Notes under the pieces: generated by a model
What the model was told of the DNA's origin: nothing
Database searches by the model: none
What the model saw: only the letters and a program-made list of their open reading frames with translations
Part shown: positions 46,385 through 54,468 of the stretch, piece after piece
Numbering within the stretch: position 1 is the stretch's first letter
How the letters are laid out: each line of letters starts with the position of its first letter
Made by a program: the position numbers and the translations under genes
Assembly: GCA_015661155.1 (NCBI GenBank)
Contig: JACVQK010000035.1
Coordinates: forward strand, 1-54,468
Length of the DNA stretch: 54,468 bases
Reading direction: 5' to 3'
Source: Dehalococcoidia bacterium
Lineage (GTDB): Bacteria > Chloroflexota > Dehalococcoidia > Lucifugimonadales > UBA2985

Positions 46385-47227
46385 GTGCTTGATACCCGCA
46401 TAGACCCTTCCGAGGTACAATACATGGGCATGCCCGGTATGTCCGAGCAAAGCCTCCTGGCTGTCGATGTTATCGTGAACAGCGAGTTGCCCCCACGGAG
46501 AGCTTCACTCGTCACTAATAGGCAGGGATTGTATCTGTTTTTGTTCTGGGACTGGAACAATGTGCCGTTGACCGTAGTCCATTCGGGTTTCAGTAGCGGT
46601 TATCCAGGGCAAGGCCCCAGAAGCTTCTCCCAAGCCCTGTGCATGCTGTGGGATAGGGGTATCACCACAAACCTAGTAATTGCAAACAAGACTATCTTCG
46701 ACGCGATCGAGCACCGCCGCCTCACAGAGGATTTAGTCGACTGGCTGAGGAACACCGACGACAGACCGTTGACATGGCCGCAGCCTGAATGGATTTATAG
46801 GGAACACGAACATCAGGTGGAGGGTCAGACCTTCTGGTGTACCTTCCACCAGCCCAAGCTTAACGCGGACTTCCTAGACGAAGAGCTATCGGCGCGATGC
46901 AGGCAAACGTTCTCGCATAACAAGGAAGCAGCCGTGACCGCAGCCTACAAAGTTGTGGAGGAGCGGCTTCGGAAGCTTCTTGACAAGCCTCTTGGCTACG
47001 GTGATCAACTGGTCAAGGACGCTCTCGACCCGGCAAGAGGAGCTTTGGTTGACAAGTCACTATCCAAGGCCGAGAAGGAAGGGATGTACCAGCTCTTCCT
47101 CGGTGCGATGAAGTTTGTCAGGAACCCTAGGAGCCACAGATTCCTTGACGAGGAAGACTATCAACTGGACATAGAATTGGTCTACCAAGCCGACCTGCTA
47201 CTCAGGATTCTGTCCAAGATTAGCTGA
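46385..47227 (+). CDS. Hypothetical two-domain protein: unknown N-domain plus TIGR02391 (Hypoth_ymh)-like C-domain
   Basis: GTG start 5 nt after GAGGAGGAA. The C-terminal ~110 aa (AAVTAAYKVVEERLRKL...LFLGAMKFVRNPRSHR...LVYQADLLLRIL) match my recollection of the TIGR02391 pattern. GC is visibly lower than in the flanks. Confidence 0.7.
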   Translation: MLDTRIDPSEVQYMGMPGMSEQSLLAVDVIVNSELPPRRASLVTNRQGLYLFLFWDWNNVPLTVVHSGFSSGYPGQGPRSFSQALCMLWDRGITTNLVIANKTIFDAIEHRRLTEDLVDWLRNTDDRPLTWPQPEWIYREHEHQVEGQTFWCTFHQPKLNADFLDEELSARCRQTFSHNKEAAVTAAYKVVEERLRKLLDKPLGYGDQLVKDALDPARGALVDKSLSKAEKEGMYQLFLGAMKFVRNPRSHRFLDEEDYQLDIELVYQADLLLRILSKIS

Positions 47228-47263
47228 GTTCTGGTTTCTCTACGGCGCACTCCCACTGCCCAG

Positions 47264-47299
47264 CCAGATTGCTTCGCTCGAAGGCTCGCTCGCAACGAC
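47264..47299. repeat. Half-copy of the CCAGATTGC...CTCGCAA(C/T)G palindromic family
   Basis: CCAGATTGCTTCGCTCGAAGGCTCGCTCGCAACGAC resembles the arms at 33859-33954. Confidence 0.6.
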
Positions 47300-47379
47300 G
47301 GTGGAGAGGATGTCCATGCGCTTCAACGCTGAAGCTCCGAAAGGCTAGTTGCATCCTTTCTCGTTTCTTATACCCAGTG

Positions 47380-47528
47380 CTAGTATGTTGCTGAAAAAGG
47401 GGAGTGCAGAGGGGCGAAGCCCCTTTGCCGGGAGTCTGAGGGTGCCCCTCAGATACGAATTCCTCCCCCTTCCTGGCCAGGAAGGGGGCAAGGGGGATGG
47501 TCGAAGGAGTTTTTCAGCACCCTGCTAG
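47380..47528 (-). repeat. MITE-like composite palindromic element, full copy (reverse orientation)
   Basis: CTAGTATGTTGCTGAAAAAGG...GCAGAGGGGCGAAGCCCCT...CCCCCTTCCTGGCCAGGAAGGGGG...GTTTTTCAGCACCCTGCTAG. Confidence 0.85.
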
Positions 47529-47542
47529 TTATTCGGGTGCCG

Positions 47543-48187
47543 TTACGGCCTCAGGTCCAGCACTGGCCCGTGTCCGACGGCGACCAGAGCGATATCCAGC
47601 GCCCTTATCTCCGCCTCACACTTCCGGCGTGCGTCATCGGCGGGTATTGAGCGGGGAGTGATGGTCAACGCCTCCGCGGCCCTGACTTTGCGGACGGGCG
47701 GGTCCTCACTTCCACGGACAACGAAGAGGTCGCTGCTGAAGAGCACCTTGTCCTTCGACTCGTAAGCCAGTAGTCCTTCCCACAGGTGCATCTCCGATGG
47801 GTAGCTGATGAACCGGAGCTCTCTGCGTCCAATGGACAGGCCATCACCCGGTTTGACAACTTCAACTTTGGCAGGGATTCCGAAACCGGTGAGCTGGCGG
47901 GCGGTCACTGCTGAACAGAGAGCGGTAATCCCCGGATTCAGCTTCAGGAACTCGCCCAGTGCTCCGCATTCGTCAGACTCGAAATGCGACACGAAAACGT
48001 AGGTGAGGTCGGATGGGTTGATTACGCGGGAGAGCTTTTCCACGATTCCACTGAACTGAGGCACTGAGCCGGTGTGCACCAGAGTGTTTTTCTCATCCTT
48101 TATGAGGTACTGGTTGAAAGAGAAGCCCCCTTCCGTGGCAGTATTTATCCGGTACAGGCCGGCAGCTATCTCATCTAGCTGGGTCAT
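47543..48187 (-). CDS. Stand-alone metallo-beta-lactamase-fold protein (flavodiiron/ODP-like core)
   Basis: Contains VFVSHFESDECG, which corresponds to the HxExDH di-metal motif with the last His replaced by Glu. 214 aa. Confidence 0.7.
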   Translation of the reverse strand: MTQLDEIAAGLYRINTATEGGFSFNQYLIKDEKNTLVHTGSVPQFSGIVEKLSRVINPSDLTYVFVSHFESDECGALGEFLKLNPGITALCSAVTARQLTGFGIPAKVEVVKPGDGLSIGRRELRFISYPSEMHLWEGLLAYESKDKVLFSSDLFVVRGSEDPPVRKVRAAEALTITPRSIPADDARRKCEAEIRALDIALVAVGHGPVLDLRP

Positions 48188-48235
48188 CGGTCACCCCTTC
48201 GCCATGTCCAAGCCGGATGTTAACGGGACAAGCTC

Positions 48236-48541
48236 TCATCCTCCCTGAATGGCATAGATGAGAGTCAAAGTGTCGCCATCGCTGAGCTTGCTCTCCAGCC
48301 CGTTCACCAGCTCCAGGTCATGATCGTTCAGGAAAATGACCACCCTACCGGTTAGCCGTTGGGCCTTAACGTCAAAAACGACCTGCCCAAAGCGCCGGTA
48401 CCTGGCGGAGAGCCGGTTAAGGAGACCCCTGACTGTCGTGTCACCCCCGACTTCCTCATCGGGGATGGTCTCTTCGCTGGTTCCTTCGATGCCCAACGAC
48501 TCGGCCAGCGATGGTAGGGCGTACAGATGCACCTTGCCCAT
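48236..48541 (-). CDS. MoaD/ThiS-family ubiquitin-like sulfur-carrier protein (C-terminal GG)
   Basis: 101 aa ending ...DGDTLTLIYAIQGG. Acidic insertion in the N-terminal half. Confidence 0.8.
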   Translation of the reverse strand: MGKVHLYALPSLAESLGIEGTSEETIPDEEVGGDTTVRGLLNRLSARYRRFGQVVFDVKAQRLTGRVVIFLNDHDLELVNGLESKLSDGDTLTLIYAIQGG

Positions 48542-48566
48542 TTCCTGCTCCTGTATCCACTCCTCC

Positions 48567-48723
48567 CTAGCAGGGTGCTGAATCCTTCGGCTGAAGGACG
48601 ACCGTTCCCATCACCCCCTTCCTGACCAGGAAGGGGGTTGAGATCGAATCTGGGGGACACCCCCAGACCCCCGCCAGAGGGGACTTCTCCCCTCTGGCGT
48701 CCCCTTCTTCATAGGCCTGTTAG
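48567..48723 (+). repeat. MITE-like composite palindromic element, diverged full copy
   Basis: CTAGCAGGGTGCTGAA...CCCCCTTCCTGACCAGGAAGGGGG...TCTGGGGGACACCCCCAGACCCCC...CCAGAGGGGACTTCTCCCCTCTGG...CCTGTTAG. It lies between the AOR gene and the moaD-like gene. Confidence 0.8.
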
Positions 48724-48756
48724 CCAGGGAGAATGGAGGACAAGTGTCTGGGGAAT

Positions 48757-50550
48757 CTAACCTATAACACCCCTGGGTTCCAGCACTGGGATTACGAAGT
48801 CAAGCCCCAGACGTTTCAGCTCCGCTCTGGGCGGCAGCCCTGTCTCGGTCAGCTTCAACTGCGTTACGTAGGTCTTCCTCTTATCCGCCTCAAACTCTGC
48901 TCTATCCCACACCCACGTCTTGCCATACTTGTCGCTGATAGGCTCATCGAAGGCCCGTGGCGGCAGGTCGTCATCCCTGGACGGAAGGTATCCTTCCCTG
49001 AGGCTAATGCACCTGTTGAAGTAGTAGTTTCTCAACGCTATGTCATCGATGTCGGCCGGAGTCAGGTTCCATCCGCAAACGGCGTTTAGGAACTGCCGGA
49101 TGGCCTCGTTTGCGGACCCCCATATCTGGGTAAAGGGCGGCATGGCGAAGTTGCAGGTTGTTGCCGCCTCCTGCAGCGCTGAGGCCAGACCTGTGCCAAT
49201 ACGGGCCCCATTGTGACTCGTGGCAAACTCGAGGCCCCTGCCGTGGTGCTTGTTCCGCACGTCGTATGTGGGGCACGCGCATCCATGAACCTCAAAGGCG
49301 TACCACTTGGACTTCTCCCCAAACACCTGGTAGGCACGCCGGAACCCTTCGGCCAGAGCGGCAGGTGCGCGGCCCTCTTTGTAGGCGATCTTCTTCATGA
49401 GCTCGCAGGTTGCCTCAACATTGCCCCATTCCAGGTCGATTCCTCCCAGGTCCTCCTGGGTGATGATGCCGTGCTCGTAAAGGTCCATGGCCCAGGCCAC
49501 CAGTCCTCCCATCTCTTCGCCATCCATCCCCAGCTCATCCTCCAGCGCTGCGATCTCGACCATTTCCTGGAAGCCCACCATTATGTTGGCATTGAAACCG
49601 CCCATGTTGTCATGGCGGAACTCGCCGGCGAAGGCCCCCCGTTCGCTATTTGAGAAATACGGGACGAAGCACGCCGCGGCGCACCCCGGGCAGCCGTCTG
49701 TCCAGGCGTAGTTCTTCAAGTAGTGGTCCAGGTAGTTGCTCTTCTCGACGATGGGGTGATAGCCAAAGTGGTTGTTCTTGATTCCCTCGGTGGCATAGCG
49801 GAGCAGGGAGGGTGGGGACATGCTATGCCCCCAGCGGCTTTCGCCGAGCTTGCGTAGCGCCGTTTTCGGGTCCATGGCATAGGTCTTGAAAAGCTCCCAG
49901 ACCTTCTCATGATCGGCGTACTGAATCTCCTTGGTTCCTTTGACGGCAATGGCTTTCAGATTCTTGGATCCCATCACCGCACCGCACCCCCACTTGGAGG
50001 CAGAGTGGACAAACTCCGTGGTGACGTTAGCGTACCTCACCATGTTCTCCCCGGCGGGTCCTATGCACAGCACGCCAAACACATGGCCCGTCTGTTTATT
50101 CAGCCGGTCTCTTATGGTGAACTCTGTCTCCTGCTTCCACTTGCCCCACAGGTCCGAGGCGTCTTGAATCTTCACCTCGTCATCGTGGATTTCCAGGTAG
50201 ACCGGTCTCCTGGCCTTGCCCTTGATCAGAATGCCAGCGTTATACCCTGCTCTCATTATCTCATCGCCGACATAGCCGGAAGTGGCGCTCCTGCCGGCCC
50301 AGCCGGTCAGAGGGGAAATGAAGCTCAGGACTACTTTCGTCCCCATAACGCCCGTTAAGGGACCAACGCCGATGTGCAGGATGTTGGCCGGGTCAAGGCC
50401 GTCTGTTCCCTGGGGCACCTGCTCCCAGAGTATCTTGTTGGCCAGTCCTCTGCCACCCAGATACTTCTCGACATCCTTGGTGACGTCTATGACCCGGCTC
50501 CGCCCCGAAGTCAGGTCAACTTCTAGCATGTTGAACTTCATGTTAGCCAT
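48757..50550 (-). CDS. aor: Aldehyde:ferredoxin oxidoreductase family (tungstopterin enzyme)
   Basis: 597 aa. AOR N-domain (LEVDLTSGRSRV...GGRGLANKILW...GPLTG) and the C-terminal AOR domains. Confidence 0.92.
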   Translation of the reverse strand: MANMKFNMLEVDLTSGRSRVIDVTKDVEKYLGGRGLANKILWEQVPQGTDGLDPANILHIGVGPLTGVMGTKVVLSFISPLTGWAGRSATSGYVGDEIMRAGYNAGILIKGKARRPVYLEIHDDEVKIQDASDLWGKWKQETEFTIRDRLNKQTGHVFGVLCIGPAGENMVRYANVTTEFVHSASKWGCGAVMGSKNLKAIAVKGTKEIQYADHEKVWELFKTYAMDPKTALRKLGESRWGHSMSPPSLLRYATEGIKNNHFGYHPIVEKSNYLDHYLKNYAWTDGCPGCAAACFVPYFSNSERGAFAGEFRHDNMGGFNANIMVGFQEMVEIAALEDELGMDGEEMGGLVAWAMDLYEHGIITQEDLGGIDLEWGNVEATCELMKKIAYKEGRAPAALAEGFRRAYQVFGEKSKWYAFEVHGCACPTYDVRNKHHGRGLEFATSHNGARIGTGLASALQEAATTCNFAMPPFTQIWGSANEAIRQFLNAVCGWNLTPADIDDIALRNYYFNRCISLREGYLPSRDDDLPPRAFDEPISDKYGKTWVWDRAEFEADKRKTYVTQLKLTETGLPPRAELKRLGLDFVIPVLEPRGVIG

Positions 50551-50555
50551 ATCTC

Positions 50556-51266
50556 TTAGTCATACCTCCATCCTGGATAACCCACGCTCTCTTTGGGCAG
50601 GGGATACAATCTCTTGGAGATGAGTTCAGCCTTTTCATCGGCATGCTTGCGCATGATGTCGTGGATCTCGTTGCCCTCGCGCGCTCCGCCGCCTTTGAAG
50701 TAGAGGGCACCGCAGGGACAGACGTTGACGCACTGAGGGTTCCTGCTACCGTTGTTCTCGACATCGCACAGGTCGCAGACAAAGGGGTAGATGGATTCCG
50801 AGGAGTAAATCTTTATGATATCCGCGGAACACGCTCGCTTGCACAGAAGGCACTTCTCCCCCAGGCAGGTTTCCTCATTGACCACCATGTGCAGCGTGCT
50901 CTTGTCGAAGTAGATGGCTGGCGGATTCACCGGACAGGCCTTCTCACACTCCCTCTCTTGAGGTGGGCATTGAACGCATGTCACCTGGACCGCCTTGGGT
51001 AGAGGCAAGAGGTACTTTCGGATCAGTATTCTGGAGAGGTCTTTGTTGATCACTCCAAAATGCTCCATGGAGCAGGCCATCTCGCAGATTCCACAGCCGA
51101 CACACTTCATCTCGTCAACTTCAATGAAGGCAACCCCGTCTGGGAAGGGGTAGTTGTCTCTCCCTCCCCAGCCCTCCGCCTTTTTCTCAACCGCAACCCG
51201 CTCGGTCTTCCTCCCAGCTGTGTCAAAAGACTCGTAATCGCTTTCTTCGACTTCCTTCATGCTCAC
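50556..51266 (-). CDS. 4Fe-4S polyferredoxin (AorA/DmsB-like electron-transfer subunit)
   Basis: Contains CVGCGICEMAC, CVQC...CEKACP, CLLCKRAC and CDLC...CVNVCPCGA cluster motifs. Confidence 0.88.
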   Translation of the reverse strand: MSMKEVEESDYESFDTAGRKTERVAVEKKAEGWGGRDNYPFPDGVAFIEVDEMKCVGCGICEMACSMEHFGVINKDLSRILIRKYLLPLPKAVQVTCVQCPPQERECEKACPVNPPAIYFDKSTLHMVVNEETCLGEKCLLCKRACSADIIKIYSSESIYPFVCDLCDVENNGSRNPQCVNVCPCGALYFKGGGAREGNEIHDIMRKHADEKAELISKRLYPLPKESVGYPGWRYD

Positions 51267-51370
51267 TGCTCTACTTACCTCCTTTGGTATCAGCTATTCC
51301 CATCCAATGTGGGATGAAATCCAATGGTACCACTATACCATACACCCGACGCTTTTCCTACGCTTGTTTG

Positions 51371-51652
51371 TTACTCAACAACTCTTCTGAGCTCTATCTT
51401 GACCAGGTTGCGTCGGTCCATGCACTCAAGCTCTCTAGCCTCTTTCTCGCGCCCCCACGGACTATCTCCTCCAAACTGGAGAGCCATGATCCAGGGGTAG
51501 ATATCATGGTAGAAGATCCCGCACATTCCAGCGGTATTGTGGACTGAGAGATCGAAGGTATCTCCCACCTTGTGCCCCCAGCCGCAGTTCCCCTGAATGG
51601 ACTTGACCGTAGCTACCACCCGATGCCCGGGGCCATATCGCTGCTGCGTCAT
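51371..51652 (-). CDS. TIGR04076-family small Cys-rich protein
   Basis: MTQQRYGPGHRVVATVKSIQGNCGWGHKVGDTFDL...GMCGIFYHDIYPWIMAL...ECMD.... Start set to ATG 51652 behind AAGGAGAA. Family assignment is from memory. Confidence 0.7.
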   Translation of the reverse strand: MTQQRYGPGHRVVATVKSIQGNCGWGHKVGDTFDLSVHNTAGMCGIFYHDIYPWIMALQFGGDSPWGREKEARELECMDRRNLVKIELRRVVE

Positions 51653-51875
51653 GCTATTCTCCTTAACTGTAACTGTTCGAGATTTCCCATACACAGCCCA
51701 CGCCACTCTTCGCAGACCCGTTATCTGGCGGGAGGAGTATATCACTCCCATTTCTTCCAGGTCAACCACTACCCAGAATCGGGGTATATGGGTCGAATTC
51801 GGAATCCAGGGGTGTCGCTTCCGAGCTACAGATGGCCCCCCATGTCATTGGGGCAACGCCCCTTGTCGGCGTTAT

Positions 51876-52020
51876 TAGCAGGGTGCTGAAAAACTCCTTC
51901 GACCATCCCCCTATCCCCCTTCCTGGCCAGGGGGGGGAATTTGAATCTGGGGGACACCCCCAAACCCCTGGCAAAGGGGCTGCGCCCCTCTGCACTCCCC
52001 CTTTTCCATCACCCTGCTAG
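51876..52020 (+). repeat. MITE-like composite palindromic element, full copy
   Basis: TAGCAGGGTGCTGAAAAACTCCTTCGACCATCCCCC...TCTGGGGGACACCCCCA...GCAGAGGGGCGCAGCCCC (reverse strand)...CCATCACCCTGCTAG. Confidence 0.85.
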
Positions 52021-52024
52021 GTCT

Positions 52025-53203
52025 CTAGACCAGCACCTTTTCCTTTGTCAGGCGGGCGATCTCCGCCTCGGACATGCCCAGAAGCTCGCCCAGGACGTAG
52101 CTGTTGTTCTCGCCCACGAGGGGGGCCAGCTTGTAGGAGGGCTGCGGGACACCGCTGGAGCGCCAGGGGTGTCCGACGTGCATATAGAGCGTGCCGTCAT
52201 CCCTCTTTCCTATGGGTATGTAGCAGCCCCGCTCCTTCAGATGGGGGTCGTCCGCCAGTCCTGCGCCGTTCAGGTTGGGGCCTGCGGGCACTCCGGCCTT
52301 CTGCAGGATGTGCATGGCCTCGTAGTCGGTTCGCTCCATGGTCCACTGGGTGATGAGCCTGTCCAGCTCCTCCTGGTGGTGCCACCGGCTCACGGGGTCG
52401 GCGAAGCGCTCATCCTTTGCCCACTGGGGGTGGCCCGTGGCCTTGCAGAAGGCGCTCCACTCCTCCTCGTTGGTGACGGCGATGGCTATCCACTTGTCGA
52501 ACCCCTGGGACTGGTAGGCGCCGTGGGGAGCCATGGCTACATCCCCGTTTTCCATGGGGCCCGCGTCCCGCCCGTTCACGGTGTAGTCCATGACCGTTTC
52601 TGGAATGGCCGCTATGACGTTATCTGCCATGGTGACCTGGATGTACTGGCCCTCTCCGGTCGCATTGCGATGGCGAAGGGCTGCCTGGGCCGCAAAGGAG
52701 ATGAGCATTCCTGTGAAGTAGTCTCCCCACATGGACATCACCGTTCCCCGCTTGCCGTCCTTGTACCCGGCGAGATTGGAGATGCCGGCGAAGTTCTGGG
52801 CCTCGGCAAAGTAGGCTACGGCGTCCTTCAAGGGCCCGGTACGCCCCAGGCCCTGGGCGGATATCATGATGATGTCGGGTTTCACCTTTCGCAGCGCTTC
52901 GTAGCCCAGCCCCAGGCGATCAATGACCCCCGTTGCGAAGTTCTCTATGACTATATCGCTGATCTTCACCAGGGACCTGGTCACCTCCAAGCCCCGGGGG
53001 TCCTTCAGGTTGATGGTCACACTCTTCTTGCTGAAGTTGAGCCTGGAGAACGCGTCGCGCCCCCCCTCGGCAGGAGCCGCAGAAGACTCGAGCTTTATGA
53101 CCTCGGCCCCCATCTGGGCCATCAGCAGGGTCGCGTAGGGCCCCTGGACCACTGTGGTGAAGTCTACCACTCTGACTCCGTCCAACGGCAGTTTGCTCAT
53201 CAT
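52025..53203 (-). CDS. Family III CoA-transferase (CaiB/BaiF family)
   Basis: MMSKLPLDGVRVVDFTTVVQGPYATLLMAQMGAEVIKLE.... ATG 53203 or 53200 sits behind AAAGGAG. The upstream 150 aa of the 540-aa track ORF overlap the next gene and were rejected. Confidence 0.9.
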   Translation of the reverse strand: MMSKLPLDGVRVVDFTTVVQGPYATLLMAQMGAEVIKLESSAAPAEGGRDAFSRLNFSKKSVTINLKDPRGLEVTRSLVKISDIVIENFATGVIDRLGLGYEALRKVKPDIIMISAQGLGRTGPLKDAVAYFAEAQNFAGISNLAGYKDGKRGTVMSMWGDYFTGMLISFAAQAALRHRNATGEGQYIQVTMADNVIAAIPETVMDYTVNGRDAGPMENGDVAMAPHGAYQSQGFDKWIAIAVTNEEEWSAFCKATGHPQWAKDERFADPVSRWHHQEELDRLITQWTMERTDYEAMHILQKAGVPAGPNLNGAGLADDPHLKERGCYIPIGKRDDGTLYMHVGHPWRSSGVPQPSYKLAPLVGENNSYVLGELLGMSEAEIARLTKEKVLV

Positions 53204-53250
53204 CACTCCTTTCTTTCCTCGACCAGGATGCTGTTCCCTCTCCCTGCGGC

Positions 53251-54468
53251 TCAGATGGCGCCGAGCTGGCGCATCTTGACCATGTCCTCCTCGGAGTACC
53301 CCAGCCTGGCGCAGATGACGTCTTTGTTGTGCTGCCCCAGGGTTGGAGCGGGGTGCTCTATGCGCCAGGGGGTGGCGGAGAAATTGTATGGGGGGCCTGG
53401 TGCTTTGAACGCGGCTATCTGTGGGTGTTCCATCTCTACGAAGGTGCCCCGCTCTATGTAGTGACGGTGGGTGAGCAGGTCCGCCATGGTGTTGACCTGG
53501 AGATATGGGACGCGGTTTTGCACCTGGAAAATCTGGTAGAGCTCCTCCCTGGTGTAGTTCTTGGACCACTCCTCCAGGAGAAGATGGCAGGCGTCCATGT
53601 TCTCGTTGCGCAGCTGGGGATTGTTGAATATCTCTGACTCCGCCCACTCTGGATTGCCCATCGCCCTCTTTATGGATGTCCAGAACTGGTTGTGGGTAAG
53701 TCCAATGGTGAAGTAGCCGTCCTTGGCTCGGACCGCCCTCCTGCCGCCCACGGGACGGCCCTCGGTCGCTAACCTGGTGGGAGTTGCTCCTTTGTTGGTA
53801 TGGGAGTCAAACTCTCCCCGGGCGACGCTCAGTATGATCTCCTGCTCAGAGATGTCCACGTGCTCGCCCTGGCCGCTGTTATCTCTGGACATCAGGGCGC
53901 ACATGGTGGCCGAGGCCCCCGCAATCCCGGTCATAAAGTCCGCCTGGTGGCCCGGCGCCTTCAGAGGAGGGTGGTTATCCGGGTCCTCTATGCCGCCCCC
54001 AGGGTTGGTGTAGGCTACCCCTCCCATGTGCATGGCGATCAGGTCGGTGCCCTTGTAGTCCCGATAGGGGCCGGTCTGCCCGAAGGGGGTGATGGAGGTG
54101 ACGATGAGCCGGGGGTTGATGCCAGACAGAGACTTGTAGTCCAGCCCCAGCCTCTTCATCAGCTTGGGTGGGTTGCTCTCCACCAGGACGTCGGCGTCCC
54201 GGAGCAGCTCCTTGAAGAGCTTCTTTCCCAGGGGACTCTTCACGTTCAGGGTGATACCCTGCTTGTTGGTGTTCAGGTAGGCGAAGAGGAGGCTTCGCTC
54301 CGGATGGGGGTCATCCTTGGGGAAGGGGCCGTAGCTCCTGGCAGGGTCGCCCTTGTCCGGCTCCTCGACCTTGATGACCTCGGCCCCCAGGTCTGCCATG
54401 AGCTTGGTGCAGTAGGGCGCTGCGACGAAGCCCCCAAGCTCCACGATCTTTAGCCCTGAAAGCGCGGT
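53251..54468 (-). CDS. Family III CoA-transferase (CaiB/BaiF family); the 5' end runs off the window
   Basis: The reverse frame is open to the window edge (TALSGLKIVELGGFVAAPYCTKLMADLGAEVIKVE...). It is a paralogue of the adjacent gene. Confidence 0.9.
   Translation of the reverse strand, partial: TALSGLKIVELGGFVAAPYCTKLMADLGAEVIKVEEPDKGDPARSYGPFPKDDPHPERSLLFAYLNTNKQGITLNVKSPLGKKLFKELLRDADVLVESNPPKLMKRLGLDYKSLSGINPRLIVTSITPFGQTGPYRDYKGTDLIAMHMGGVAYTNPGGGIEDPDNHPPLKAPGHQADFMTGIAGASATMCALMSRDNSGQGEHVDISEQEIILSVARGEFDSHTNKGATPTRLATEGRPVGGRRAVRAKDGYFTIGLTHNQFWTSIKRAMGNPEWAESEIFNNPQLRNENMDACHLLLEEWSKNYTREELYQIFQVQNRVPYLQVNTMADLLTHRHYIERGTFVEMEHPQIAAFKAPGPPYNFSATPWRIEHPAPTLGQHNKDVICARLGYSEEDMVKMRQLGAI

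Noticed and set aside
51653-51875. Moco/Tuco riboswitch upstream of the AOR cluster
   Set aside because: I could not find the conserved CUCCGAGCC and GGAAAGGAG elements or the expected multi-stem layout. Only a short hairpin (AACGCC…GGCGTT) is present.
51941-53461. 506-aa + strand ORF and the extended 540-aa version (to 53647) of the minus-strand CoA-transferase ORF
   Set aside because: The + ORF is antisense to a clear CaiB/BaiF gene and runs through a repeat element. The upstream 150 aa of the 540-aa ORF overlap the neighbouring paralogue out of frame.

Overview
High-GC (about 60%) bacterial chromosome segment. Protein features such as the Firmicute/Chloroflexi-type insertion in S12 and the Zn-type S14, together with the intergenic repeat content, suggest a Chloroflexota-like monoderm. 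That assignment is inference only. Positions 1-21 kb hold one uninterrupted, translationally coupled ribosomal supercluster (rpsL-rpsG-fusA, then S10, spc and alpha operons, then truA-rplM-rpsI). It is preceded by a partial miaB and tRNA-Ser(GCU). There is no tuf between fusA and rpsJ. Positions 21-54 kb are housekeeping and metabolic genes: an MDR oxidoreductase, an NfeD/SPFH pair, an SDR, a NapH-like polyferredoxin with a PCYCGC protein, greA-lysS-serS, a MetF-like gene, a DUF4382 lipoprotein, dnaJ-prmA, queA, folD, acpS-nnr-coaX-coaBC, tRNA-Met(CAU), a tungsten-type aldehyde:ferredoxin oxidoreductase cluster, and three family III CoA-transferases. The main observations are as follows. (1) The intergenic DNA of the second half carries at least 8 copies of a ~150-bp MITE-like element made of three nested palindromes. 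A second short TIR element occurs both free-standing and nested inside the first, and an inverted ~215-bp pair brackets folD. Several other palindromic repeat families are also present. (2) A visibly lower-GC islet at 37.5-39.3 kb carries vapBC plus an uncharacterised two-gene pair: an 83-aa protein and a retropepsin-like aspartic protease with a C-terminal SEC-C metal-binding tail. (3) A strongly SD-led orphan gene beside tRNA-Met has an unknown N-domain and a TIGR02391-like C-domain. (4) Four conserved housekeeping genes carry lesions: rplR lacks its N-terminal arm, rplM has an internal out-of-frame deletion, queA has a 1-nt frameshift, and folD has an in-frame ~17-codon deletion. These are either real decay or assembly or cloning artefacts and need checking against raw reads. 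(5) L5 carries a ~70-aa Pro/Ala/Arg/Glu-rich N-terminal extension behind a good SD. No CRISPR array, rRNA, transposase or integrase was seen.
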